NCBI RefSeq assembly: GCF_037042905.1
Contig: NC_087252.1
Location: 2,668,001-2,732,000 of the forward strand
From: Lytechinus pictus
Taxonomy: Eukaryota
DNA: 64,000 bases
Reading direction: 5' to 3'
Positions 36,421 through 48,956 of this stretch are shown one piece after another. Within the stretch, counting starts at the first letter, position 1; each line of letters begins with the position of its first letter. The notes under the pieces are model-generated. The model saw nothing but the letters and a program-made list of their open reading frames with translations. It did no database searches and was not told where the DNA came from. The translations under genes were made by a program, and so were the position numbers.

Positions 36421-38859
36421 GAAATCAATGTTCCTCCTAATTGCTTAATATCTGTACTGGTGGAACTTAAATGGAAAAGTGGATACGAGTGCTTGAGAAT
36501 TCAACTGCGTCGCTCTCTATAAGTGATGCATCCTTTAAGTCCTGCTGTAAGAAAAGAATCACTAGTACCTTCACGCCCCTCCTCGACGCTGGGAAGATGA
36601 TAAGTGAATCACAGTGAAGTACCCTGATGGGCAGACTCATCAACACCATCGAAGGCACAATTCACAATCCATTACCATGATCACCGATGATAACATCAAC
36701 AGCTTTTCAACGATAACCAATCGTGTGTACATGCGCCAGAAAACGAGGACGCAAACGAATCCTCCTAAGCAGGGAAGGCCACCGAAGAAGAGCCAGCAGA
36801 TCCGAAAACACAACCGCAATCGTCAACCCCACTTCATCTACTGAACCAACGATCGCATTATCCTACAATGTTGGATGATACCCAATGGCCACTCGATCCA
36901 AGTTTCTCCTAATGTTTAATCAGAAAGGGTAGTGAGGCCGAACCTTCTATCCATTATTCCAGCATTAGGTCATCATCATCGAGGCTCCAGAGAAAAGTGG
37001 ACGCATAAACATCTCGTATTCGCCGACGATGGGTTAATGCGTTAATGGGAGGAGCGGGACGGTCGTTGGAGGTTGGGAGCAACCGATACCGGTTTCGAAG
37101 CGTAATATGAATAGAGAACACTTAAAGGGTTTTGTTCTTCACTATACTGTCACGACTTCAATCAATGTGGTCATAAACTCGAGCAACTGATACCGTCTTA
37201 AATGAACGGGAAATATGGAAAATTCTGATAAGTTTCATTGTTTATCAAAATATTTCACAAGGGCAGTAATCGGCTGCCAGTGCTGGGTTTCACAAAATTA
37301 CTTAAAGTTGGACTTTCCAAGAAAAAAAGTGAGTCGGCTATGAATCCAAACTTCCAATCTGAATGCTAGAATTAACACAAGTCCGTTAAGCCGAATATGG
37401 GAAATTCCCTAACGAGAATGCATAATTGAATCAGCTGCTTTCCAAGTCAGTGTCATCATTCATAAAGGATGTAACAAGATGTACAGTGAGTATGATATTG
37501 CGCAAGAGTGAGTTCTCCTCATATAATCACTTTGATTCGAGATATCTCCTTTATTGGTGAACTTAAACTACCTAATTCTCGTAGACTGGATTGATGAATG
37601 TACGATGGCGAATTAGAAAGTCTTTTGCAAAACTTCCGAGTGTTTTTACCAGATCTCCACCATGCAGGTGGACTCCCTCAAACGGCCCTCACCAGCCAAT
37701 AACCCTCTAGCAAATGATCGCCGTAAATGAATACCGTCGCTTCGGAAATGCTTCCACCGTTCCCAAATGCAGCTCTCACAGATGCCCCTATCTTTCTTTC
37801 TCTCTTTCCCTTTTCCGGTCACAAGGCTCGTTCTATTAATCCTCCGTACAGGGTCTAATGTTCAATCACTAACCAATGCACGCTCGTCGAGTCGACTGTA
37901 AAGTATTTCAGCATGCAACTGGCATGAATGATAAACCCGCGCAAATGGCCGTCTCCAGTGACGCTCCGTGGCGTTTAAAAAAATCACTTTCGTCAATCTG
38001 GACATAAATGCTGTTTCTGGATGAATGACTATCCGCACCACACCGGTGGCGTCGCTCTTCCTTCTCACTGGCTCGCCTCCAAGAATTAATCTGGGTACGG
38101 GTAAATTGAGAGAAAAGAAGAAGACAGCCAATTACAAATCTGACAATATTCTGAACGAAATAGGTTCGGTTTCATGTCTAGTGCATCATGCATGCATACA
38201 TTTCCATGGGGAAAGAAGAAAGTGCAGTAGTCTAAGATAGATGAAGTATAGAATGCAGATTTTCATTTCCATTGAGAAAGATATCGATAAAAATATGAAA
38301 CTGAACGAAATGAAAAAGAAAGAAAAGTGATAAACAAACATGCAACGAGATCACGACAGTAAAGAGACAAAGGGAAGATTGCGAGTGTTATATGGAGATG
38401 AAATTGTATAAATTTTAATTTACAAGTTGTAAAAATGGTTGTAAAGTTTTGAAGAAACAGTGCTTACTGCTGCGTCAATTAGAAAATGGTCTGATAAAAT
38501 GGTTTTATAGCTGGAGCTCTGGATTTCGAACACAATGTAATTGTTGCGATATATCTACCATTTTTGAAAACTACTGGACGAGTTTGGCAACGGCATACAA
38601 TATCACATATGAGGTAATGATGTTTTATATAGAATGAAACATGTATGCAGAGTACATGGACTGTCTCACAATGCTTGGGATTTATCATAGTTACATATCG
38701 GGCTTTGCCTTTGACTTTAAACAAACCCTTATTTTACAAGCGATAACCTATCTGTCACACACAAGACTTACAAAGATAAGCGCTCTAAATAATATTGACC
38801 TTTAACAGAAGAAGACTGATCTAGGATGAACGGTAAAGTTCTATAGGACCCATTGTTTT

Positions 38860-38924
38860 AGACTCCAAGTGGTAAATGCTGAATGAGCTTTAAAAGCTCA
38901 TTCAGCATTTACCACTTGGAGTCT
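38860..38924. repeat. Perfect 65-bp palindrome (32-bp arms, 1-nt spacer)
   Basis: AGACTCCAAGTGGTAAATGCTGAATGAGCTTT-A-AAAGCTCATTCAGCATTTACCACTTGGAGTCT. Confidence 0.97.
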
Positions 38925-39229
38925 TGGACAAAATGACTATTAAAAGACCTCTCAAAGTGTGGATCGATTGATGTAAAGATGAACTAAGGCAGACTTACAA
39001 ATGCTCTTGATAGTTTAAAAAGAAAAAAAAAAAATATTGTATTATATCTATAAAAAAAAATGCATTCAGATTATTTACTTTACAAAGAAACTAGCGCATT
39101 TCTCAGAGTCATGTAACCACCCCCCCCCCCAAGAACTGGCGCCGGTCAACGTTACAATAAGGGATATTTTACTGGATCACAACCGCGTGACACGCATGGA
39201 GACCTTTTACTTCTGTTATTAAGTAATCT

Positions 39230-39880
39230 CAAAATTCCTTGGAAGGTTGATGTTGAAATGGAAGGACATGTATCCAGATACAAACTCTACTTACGGAGAA
39301 ATCATGTGGTGGGCGGAAGAAATGAGAAGAAGGAGCATAACAGTTCGATTAAATGCATCCAGGCAGTCAAACAACGTCCTGACTCTCAATGGTTCATGTT
39401 AGCGCATATCAAAGGTCCCACGTTAAGACGCACTTAAAACCCAAGTGCACGCCCTTAAACAGCGTTGAAACGCAACACCAGGTGCTTTGATAAGCGACCT
39501 ATTTCTAAGTAAATACAAGGTCGGATCATGGAGTTGAGATAGTACTCCATGGTCGGAGATAGCTCTCTTCTTCAGAATGTCACATCAGGGTCTGTCACAT
39601 TGTGCAATAGATCGAACACAAATGTGCAAGGAGAAGAGCCAGTTGGGCTACTACAGTGGTGTAGCACTCGAGTCACTTCCCGTGTATATCAAGTAAAGAA
39701 TAACACGAATGGACGTGTAACCTACTTAAGAACAAGGTTCTTAAAAGGAACCTAGTTCTTCAGTAAGGGGACAGTTCCTGAAGATTCTAAGAGCCGGCGA
39801 AGCCCGACGAAAATCGATGCAAGACCGAACGATACCGATCACACGTCGACAAGACGTCCCGAACAGCTGAAGAAACATAC
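39230..39880 (+). pseudogene. Decayed Ty3/Gypsy integrase C-terminal remnant
   Basis: Peptides YPDTNS, RCFDKRP, VGDSSLLQNVTSG, YQVKNNTNGRVTYLRTRFLK and STRRPEQLK resemble the Gypsy integrase motifs YPQSNG, YYD, VGDxVxIQN, YxV..GRVTLRNRxFL and RRPxRL in the same order. Confidence 0.5.
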
Positions 39881-40732
39881 ACCAAGATACCACAATCATG
39901 ACAATGACGAAAGGAAACACAAGCTTTCAGAACTCAACATCCCATAACCAATGTGATAAAACTCACCAGGTTAACGGTTGACGGTATGAAGTCAACCGAT
40001 CAAGCGGTATAACTAGAGTCTTAATGCACACTTATGATTCTCCTCGTGTCATGCTTAAAAACCACTGAAAATTTAAAAGGCATTTGCTTACACATATACC
40101 TGAGACTGCTCCCAAGGCAAGGACAGTCATTCCTTATGACATTAGCAGTAGATTTCCAAGGAGTACCTTATCGATAAGACATGGGTCAGCACGTCCCGTG
40201 GACGTCCGATAAAATCTTTTACTTCTCAAGGAAAGGCCAAGAAATTCAAGCGCATGGAGTGTCCAAGTTTATTAACGTTTCCTCGACATCGAAAGGCACA
40301 ATCTTGGTTTAATTTGACATTGCGTGGAAGCGGTGCTCCGGTTTAATTGGAACATCTCTGCCATGTCTGTTGCGTGACCTGGTTCATGCTCGACGTATAA
40401 CACGACATGTTTGGATTACAAATTTGAAGATCAAATTGTTCCTTCACCATCTCACTAACTCTTTGTGCGTTGAGCTTACACAATTACAAATTAGTAAAAA
40501 TCAATGAACAAACATAACCCATTTACCACTTACTCCTTGTATTATGTGTACTCTAGAAAAGAAAGAAATATAACATAGGCCGACTACCCGTGAAAGAGTG
40601 AACAGGTTATTAAAAGACAATGAATTCATAATCACGCATATTGTTTTATCATTTAACGCATCTTCTTCAGAGGTAATGTCCTCGAATTCATAGGTCCATG
40701 GTCATACCAAAGAGTTCGATATTAATGAGATA

Positions 40733-40898
40733 CACTGTAAAAAATGTAGTGCTAATTTAGCACTTGCAGTGCTTGTATAGTGACTGCACTACGAGTGCTG
40801 ATTTTCTAGTTAAAATTTAAACTAGAAAATCAGCACTCGTAGTGCAGTCACTATACAAGCACTGTAAGTGCTAAATTAGCACTTCATTTTTTACAGTG
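40733..40898. mobile_element. CACTG-terminated, almost fully palindromic 166-bp MITE
   Basis: TA flanks; two 83-bp arms with about 3 mismatches and no spacer. Confidence 0.93.
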
Positions 40899-41194
40899 TA
40901 ACTGTCTTCTCGCGATGTGCTACACTCTGCGAAAAAAAAAGCGTTCACTTCGCAAAAGAGCAAGCCCCTGAAAGACATGTTATACGAATTCCAATATTGC
41001 AATTTAGTGATGGCTGAGAGTACAAGGGTACATACTTTTATATTGAATTACATTTCTTGTTACATAGTGAAAACACATAAGTAAAATCAAATGAAATTTT
41101 ATGGAATTGATTTCACATTCATTGATTTCGCAAACATGAACGCCAAAGGGTGAATATTCCCATGTAAAATCACGGAACAGAACTTTGAAAAGTA

Positions 41195-41494
41195 CACTGT
41201 TAGAAAAAACAGAATATTTTACAGAAGAACAATATAAAAACAGATTTTACAGAAATAAATAACCAAATTATTTTGTGAATCGTTATAACAGGAAAGACTT
41301 TCTTCAATTTTCTACAATTTTGTACAACAGGTCTGTTTAAAAAAAAGGGGAAAAGGTTTTATTACAATAAATTTGTAAGGTGACCCAAAACCAATTTTCT
41401 GTAATTTAACACAAATGCCTGTGCAGTAAGATTAAAGGTGTTCTCGAGACTCTGCTACAGGTTTTTGTTTAAAAGTAGAAATGTTCTAACAGTG
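41195..41494 (+). mobile_element. CACTG-terminated MITE, family E
   Basis: TA|CACTGTTAGAA ... TTCTAACAGTG|TA; diverged inverted copy at ~48660-48956. Confidence 0.82.
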
Positions 41495-42504
41495 TACATA
41501 ATCTGCTATTCCTTGATATTCGCAAAATGTATTGCCTTCCGTCACATTTTCTTCCATCAAAACCTTCTTGATGCCAGGAGCATTACCTACTTTAAGGCAC
41601 TTGAAATGGTACTCGATGAATCCTGTTGGGATTTGGCTTGCAAAGACTAATACATTCAACTGTGCTTGTGAATTGTCTGCGTCCCAAATCTGTCAGATAT
41701 CTTTAATAACTTTGTGGTCCACAAAAATTCAAATTATTCCTTTTCAGAAATGCGCAATCAGATCTTCGATTCGCCTGATAACACGTTTCGGACGATAGTG
41801 TTAAGTCACTTTATTAACTTACTAGTCTGATATAAGAATTTGACAATTATCATTTGTGGCATGCCTTGGTTCAATGCATGTGTTTCATTGTTCCTTTTTT
41901 TTTGGGGGGGGGGGTAATAATCCTCTAAATATAAAATGCGAATAATCTCATTATCTAGCAACTTTATAATGTTGATTATAAGAAAGAACATAATGTGGCG
42001 TTCCTAGTACACTCTAAATGTCAAAGATTTCAAAAGAAAAGCAATCAGCCGAACATTAAATTTACAGATTTAAACCTCGTGGATTTTAGTTTAGAACTAA
42101 TTGGTTTGAATTTATATCCTTTGAGATTTGAAATCATATCATCAGGAGTAAAAACGAATCCAATCCTCGGCTGGCGACTATTGACAGCAGCTCTTGATTC
42201 ATTTCAAATCTGTGAAAAAGTGTGTGTTAGTTCACATATTTTTTTTTCAATTATACATGCTATAAAACCCATTTTCTGTATTCCATTCCATTTCAATTAA
42301 TTTTTGTCTCTGCAATGTTCAGAAACGACAAAAAGTGAACAAAATATTTTTCAATCCTTTGCAGGGTTTCTAGTACGTCATACGCTTTCTATGTTTTCTT
42401 CTTTACCCCATTCTCGCTTCCTGACGACGTTAGTTCTGCTTGTGTAGTGAGGAGCTGTCTGCCTTGCCATTCACATCCATTGAGGAAGTACTGAGCAGTT
42501 ATTT

Positions 42505-42953
42505 CACTCTGTAATAGGAGCTAATCTGGTTCCTAATCACACTCCTTTCAGAGTGAGACGAGGGACCAGTCATTTTGGAATGGGATATACATCTTTTGAG
42601 AGTGCATTATAGCTCCTTCTGGAGTAAACAGTGTACATTTTTAGACATTTTCACTCCAGAAGGAGCTTTAATGCACTCTCAAGAGATGTAAATCCCACTC
42701 TTTAAATGCAAAAGAGCTAATCTGCTCCCTAATCACACTCCTTTCAGCGTGAGACGAGGGACCGGTCTTTAAGGAGTGGGACTTACATCTCTTAAGAGTC
42801 CATTATAGCTCCTTCTGGAGTGAACAGTGTAAATTTGTCGACATTTTCACTCCAGAAGAGCTATAATGCACTCTCAAAAGATGTAAATCCCACTCCAAAA
42901 CAACGGGTCTCGAAAGGAGTGTCATTAGGGACAGGGTTAGCTCTTTTTGAGAG
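42505..42953. mobile_element. Two tandem/overlapping copies of a CACTC-type palindromic MITE, family F
   Basis: GAGCTAATCTG..CCTAATCACACTCCTTTCAG.GTGAGACGAGGGACC at 42518 and 42714; each copy has inverted AGCTCCTTCTGGAGT / ACTCCAGAAG(G)AGCT arms; third copy at 45609-45881. Confidence 0.82.
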
Positions 42954-43076
42954 CAGCCTTTTGCTCAGATTCGCCTGAGTCTACTTCCATTTGTAGTTCT
43001 ACATCTCCTTTATAATGTCATGCACGGTTCCAACGGCGAGACCTCCTCCAGACCGACCAACGCTACTACAGTATTA

Positions 43077-43635
43077 CCATGTCACACAGAAATGCCAATA
43101 AATAAGCACCAAAGACTGGATTGCCGTCGAGCTACGAGTGTTGGTCAGGAGTAATTTTCGTTGCTGTGACTGAGCGTCATTGCCACGATATCACTTCATA
43201 CCCGAATACCAAATACCCGTATATTGGTACATACGGAGGCGGAAGAACAAGCCCTTTGAAGAGCAAGTCCTTTGAAAAGTCAATCAAAAAGGTGACAACA
43301 CGATTTACTACAAATATAAAAACAAACTCACCCACGCTTTTCCAAAACTTTAATATTTTGATAGAGGTATATCACATGAGGTATCAACAATATGTTATAT
43401 ACAAAGAGAGAGAGAGAACGCACGCATTGGTGAGTTTTGTCTGCATAGGTCATTACACAATAATGATTGACATGTCGATAAACATCGATTGGCAGGAAGT
43501 GCAGAATGTTCTCTCTTTCTGATATGATCATGACGTATATAGTGCACAATAATCTCCATTCTATGTCACGTGATCCAAATTTCCATGTCACACCGAAAAT
43601 GCCAACAAATAAACACCAAAGCCTGGATTACCGTC
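43077..43635 (+). repeat. ~52-bp direct repeat pair ~506 bp apart
   Basis: CCATGTCACAC.GAAATGCCAA.AAATAA.CACCAAAG.CTGGATT.CCGTC at 43077-43128 and 43583-43635. Confidence 0.8.
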
Positions 43636-43944
43636 TCGCCATGAGTGTTTACATCATAAAGACATATCTCATATCTTCTTTCAATGCCAAAATGTCGGCA
43701 TTGTGTATGACTACAGTATATGAGCTCACATAAAGAAGAAAGCTGACGCCAGAGACATGAGAAATTCTATAACAAAATTAGGAATGGGGAATATTAATCG
43801 GTCGTGCATGGGTGGATGCTACAGGGTACTTGTTTCCAAGCAGGGTTGAGGGGTGGAATGCCTAACGAAAACAACTTCAATACTGAATCTACAGTCTACA
43901 CAGAATCGGCATACTTTTCAGAAAGTTTAATTCCAAGAAGGCTA

Positions 43945-44255
43945 AACCCATTTGGTCTACAATTTTGTTCTAATTGCCGTTGGTCTGACACTACACTTGC
44001 CTAGATCTAATACTTTATTGTTATTTAGCCTATTGCCCAGTTGCCCAGAAAGTCTAATTTCCATTCCGTGTTCATCAGGCTATATTTGGAATTAAAGTTT
44101 GACTCATTAACAGTGCACCTACGTGGTGTAGCTTGAAATTATATAAAATTGTAAATGGACCAAACGGCAATTGGTTAGACCAACTGGTTCTAGACAAAGT
44201 GGGATTAGACTATGTGGAATGACGAAAGTATATGAAACGGGTGTGGACAAAGCGA
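43945..44255. mobile_element. Degenerate MITE with ~15-bp TAGAC.AA.TGG subrepeats, family G
   Basis: CATTTGGTCTA-type repeats on the left and TAGACCAACTGG/TAGACAAAGTGG on the right; better-preserved copy at 51008-51312. Confidence 0.5.
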
Positions 44256-44619
44256 TGTTAGAACTCTACAAAGTTCAAAGACATGCATCAATTACCTTTG
44301 GTACTCTGACTAACCCAAGAGACTTTAATCATGTTAATATAGAGATATCATGTATTTAAATTTAAGCCCCTTTCTTTTTAATTTAATAAAGGTGACTTTT
44401 AAAGAAGATGACAATTTCTTGTAATCTGATTTTTTCCACTTTGCAACACAATCATTAAAAGGTAAAATAACTGATCAAGGAGCTTTATATGATAAAGGCA
44501 AAATATGCTTTGTCGGATATAACTTCTAACGGCATCTCTTGAAGTTTTTTATTTTCATGCTTTGAAGATAATATTTCTAACGATTTTTTTAAAAAATAAT
44601 TTCATAACGGCTTACCACT

Positions 44620-45120
44620 GTATTAAATCAAAGTAAAGAATGCCGAGATTGATTAAGTAAATGAACTTTGAAAGCAACGCAAGGAGTCATCCTCCTCGAA
44701 CACCAACAGTGGCCATTGAGAATCAGGCTTAATTCTATTCACCCACTCATTCTCGACGCGTGGACTCTTTCTTTTACACAATAGATACACACATGTATTC
44801 CCACATATATTATTAAGTTGGTTATCCTAAATTAAATGAGAGTACAGAACGTCGAGAATGAGAAAGTGAACTTTGAAAGCAATTCGGTTTTGAAGTAGAA
44901 ATCCTCCTCACAAAGCAATAGCATCCACGGGAATTAGGCATAGACCCCTCCACACATGGGCAGGCAAAGGTGATTCCAGCTCTCTCTCTCTACACACACA
45001 TACACACTCACACACGCACCCACACATACCTTACCCAATGTGGAATTAAGTTGGTTACACTAAATTAAATAAAGTAGAGGATGCGGAGATTTATAAAGTA
45101 GGTGAACTTTGAAAGCATTT
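44620..45120 (+). repeat. Diverged three-unit tandem repeat (~200-240 bp period)
   Basis: TGAACTTTGAAAGCA at ~44662, ~44867 and ~45103, each preceded by ATTAAAT..AGTA.AG.A.G..GAGA; TTAAGTTGGTTA..CTAAATTAAAT in units 2 and 3. Confidence 0.72.
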
Positions 45121-45608
45121 TTGTTTGCAATTTTGACCATGAAGAATCGTGCATAGGTCTACACTCCACACACACACACACACGTGTCTAACCCTGATGC
45201 ACCTGCCACTAAAAATACTTTATTCAGTGGGTTGAGATTGATATCTGCCACCGTTTTCTTACAAATATGTAATGAAATCGAATCTAATCTATTGAATTCC
45301 TTCAGTCTGCAGAAACAACAGGTATCTTCATCACGGGAAAGGTTTTTAACAAATATCACAAAGTTCTCTCAAGAGTGCTATACACTTCAGATATAAAAAG
45401 CGACCCAGAATTCGTTTTACAATTCATTTACAATTTATCTTAAGAACAATAGGATGCTTCTTTTGGGAGAAACCGAACATGCCAATGTAAAGTGCAACAC
45501 TAATCTATTTCCAGATTGATGAATTCACTCCCTGTAGACACAATGTTCCAGACAATGTTCATGATAATTTCTTATTTTTCAGGAGTATTTCAAACATTAT
45601 TTACCATT

Positions 45609-45881
45609 ACTCTCTAAATGCAAAAAAAGAGTTAATCTGGTCCCTACTCCATTGTAATCACACTCCTCTTGGAGTGAGACGAACTCACTCATTTTCGAGT
45701 GAGATTTGAATCTTTCTGGAGTGGAATTTACCTATTCTGACGTGAACGTGTCTAAGAATATACAGTTTACTCCAGAAGAAGCTATTATTTACTCTATAAG
45801 GACGTACAGTTCACTCGATAGGGATCGGACCTTACTATGTGAATAGGGACTAAATTAGATCTTTTGCATAAATAGAGAGTA
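45609..45881. mobile_element. Family F MITE, diverged copy
   Basis: TACTCTCTAAATGCAAAA ... TTTTGCATAAATAGAGAGTA; contains TAATCACACTCCT and GTGAGACG. Confidence 0.7.
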
Positions 45882-45949
45882 AGAGATGGGAGTAGTTTAG
45901 TATCTAGATTAATCCCTGAATAAAACCCACATATTACAGCCAAATACAT

Positions 45950-46310
45950 AAAAAAGTACATTCAAAGGCTTCGAATGGAGACAAAATAGAAAGCAAGATA
46001 GCATTGGCGAACCTACTTCGATGATGTTCTATCAATCCCTTTACGTCAGTATGCGGTTCACGATACACCAACTCTCTTTCTCAATTCACCAAAATAAAAT
46101 GTGGGAACAATTTATTCACAAACACTTGTGTGGTTAACAAGTATTCATAGATATTGACGAAACACTGAATATAGTTGCACCTTGAATTACAATGGCAATG
46201 AAAAGTATCCCATGGCATACGACTACATTCTTTCCAGCAACTTAATACTGGTCTCTGTTTAAATTGCGAGAAAACTTGAATGCAAATATTCGACATTCGA
46301 TGATATCAAA
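45950..46310 (+). pseudogene. Possible decayed Penelope-like RT remnant
   Basis: Peptides WRTYFDDVLSI (cf. WxRYxDD), VFIDID (cf. FLD) and KYPMAYDYILSSN; many stops and frame changes. Confidence 0.3.
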
Positions 46311-47479
46311 ATCCCATCGCGACAATCACGTCTAAACATGATTTATTCATGGCTTGTCTTTCACATCATGTCCAAGTCGTTATAATGGCATATTTATTTC
46401 ATGCAATTCTCCTTAGCGATCCGCTGGCAAAATTGTTGGTGTTCGAACATAATTGCAAGGCCCCGCGGCAAAATTAAAATTTAATGTTAGAGGGGAAACC
46501 TATATTTTCAGTTTTCTTGGATGTGTAATCATGCTGATCATGATTGTGTTGGCAATTCGGCAACACCGCAAGCAAAAAACACAATTCCGTAGCCCGAAAA
46601 GAATACAGGCAAATAAAGGTTGATTATTGAAATAAGAAGATAATAGAGGGCAGCTGCATGTAGAGCAATACGAAATGAGAACGAAGAAAAAAGAAGACAA
46701 TATAAAAACGAACATAAAACAGAATGAGCAAATATAGTGACTGAGAAATCAATCTCAAAGCGATTAATACAAATAAGACGGTATGAAGCTAGTTAACATC
46801 GAATGACGAAACGGAAGCGATTGAAAAGGAGAAGCGAACAGGGAAAGACGAAGAATGAATAAGATTCTTAATAATTTGTCCTCCATATGCTATCAGCCGT
46901 AGATATGAACAAGCAGGATCATATTCTACAGTAAAAATCAATTACAGTTGTCAGTGGCCAATTAGGAAAACGATTGCATGCACCGATTTTTTAAAAACCG
47001 ACAAGTACCCAATGAAATTCCTTTATTCAATTAGCGATTGATCGAAAATCTTTGTCTAACAGAGTCTGGAAGATTATTCCCAAGACTAATGAATGTAGCG
47101 GATAAGCCATAAGACAAAATATTACTACCGGCAAACAATATGGAACTTCTCAATTTATCATACTTCCAGATATACATTATGAGCGCTGGTGGTGGGGAGG
47201 GGAGGGGGGTTCGGTGGCGCTATTAACGTAATAATTTTTTTGTTTACATGTTGCATGAATTTTAATGGCACTGGTTACTCCTGTGCGTTTGTCCAATGAA
47301 ATCAAAGAAGCACCCTCGAAAAGCCGGAACTGCAGCTAAATGACACTTGATGACAAAACGGCTACTTATTTTAGTTTCCTACAACGCAATTTCCTTAATA
47401 TCAACAAAGCTATCACTTAATTTTTAACGCCACATCGGTCAATTAAATAGGAAATAGTTTACTATCAGGGGACGTCGAT

Positions 47480-47880
47480 TTCTCAAAGTGCAAACAGGCC
47501 GAGACGCGCGTTTTGTTGAGATGTAACAGGTAACAGACTAGCGGAAACGGCATTTATTTATCAAAGTCCGGCTTTTTAAAATTAACGCGCGCTTTTTATC
47601 CCAACCGCAAGACAATTAAGTTATACAGAGTAGGGAAGATACATCAGAAATGTTTTTCAGATAAACAATCAGCCGTGTATAGCAAAAAGTAGCTTTCCGG
47701 ATGTCTGAATATAAAAGGCCTTTCCGACTCGATTGGTTGAAGGAAGAGTAATAGAGATTGGCATGCCGTTTACAAGGCATTGACAGAATCATTAATTTTG
47801 GCGGGAAAAATTGAGGGCTTTGGCGCGCAGGAGAAAGTTCAATTTCCGCCTTGTCTGATGAGAGATCCAATAAGTGAGTG
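47480..47880. promoter_or_regulatory. Candidate CpG-rich promoter with E2F-like, CCAAT and TATA motifs
   Basis: TATAAAAG 47710-47717; ATTGG at 47732 and 47757; TTTTGGCGGGAAAAA 47796-47810; TTTGGCGCGC 47819-47828; CCAAT 47867; possible donor GTGAGT at 47874. Confidence 0.45.
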
Positions 47881-48659
47881 GGAAGTGTACAGAAGACAGG
47901 AACATCATGTACAAATCAGGTGTTTAAAAAGTGTGCGTGGGAGTACGTGTGTGCCAGGGTGCGTGCGCATGTGTTTGTGGGGTTTTCCCCTATGATATTA
48001 ATGTTGCAAAAATGTTTTTCGAGAGCGATCGCGCGCATTAATAATGATAATGAAAAAAAAATATTTTCTAAACATTACAATATATTCATTAATCACTATT
48101 AGGAGATGGGGTGTAGGGAGGGAGGGGGGGGGGGGGGTTAAGAACAAAAAAAAATACACAAGCACAATACGGTAGGTGACATTTCCATGTACAGTATATA
48201 TAATAGGCAGGGACTACGCACCGTCAAAATATGGAAATTGGCTCTCGAACAATCCCGATCATCGATATTGTACTTACTCGCGCATATGGAATAGGCAATT
48301 TCATCCACTTTTGGGGAAAAGTCCTATCATTGTGGTTTTGTGGGAAAGAATGCATTTCTGATCGATTTTCATACAGTTTTCCCTCTTCTGGAACCACTAG
48401 ATAAAATTTTGAGTTCATTTATAAAGCAATGCCTTAGTTTACGATGCCCCTCTAATACACGAGTGTTTACCGATTCTTCCTCTCTCAATAATATTCATGT
48501 CCCCGTTCAACACATTCTCATGGCGGTCTTGTTTTCAAACTGCTTCCTTCCAAGTCTATCAAAAGTCAATAAATACCTTTTGACTTGCATATCATTCTTT
48601 CATGGAGGGTGAAATCAAGGCCATGATTGATTAAGGAGGGGCTTCGCTCATTCATTATA

Positions 48660-48956
48660 CAATGTTAGAAAATTTGTCTTTAAAATAAAAGAAGTTCATG
48701 CAGCAGAGTCTCGAGAACACCTGTAATCTTACCAGATTGCGTAATCTTACATTATATCATGTAAAATTACAGGAAATTGGTATTTGGTGTATGGAACCTT
48801 ACGAATTTCCTAAAATAAAACACACTTTTCCCCTTTTTAAACAGACCTGTTCTGTTAAATTACAGAAAAATTCCTGTTTTATGAATTTACATAATGATTC
48901 TGTTATTGCTTTCTGCAAAATCTTGTTTTTCTGTAAAATCAGGTTTTTTTTAACAC
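48660..48956 (-). mobile_element. Family E MITE, inverted diverged copy
   Basis: Shares GCAGAGTCTCGAGAACACCT.TAATCTTAC and CTTTTCCCCTTTTT.AAACAGACCTGTT with the reverse complement of 41195-41494. Confidence 0.75.
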
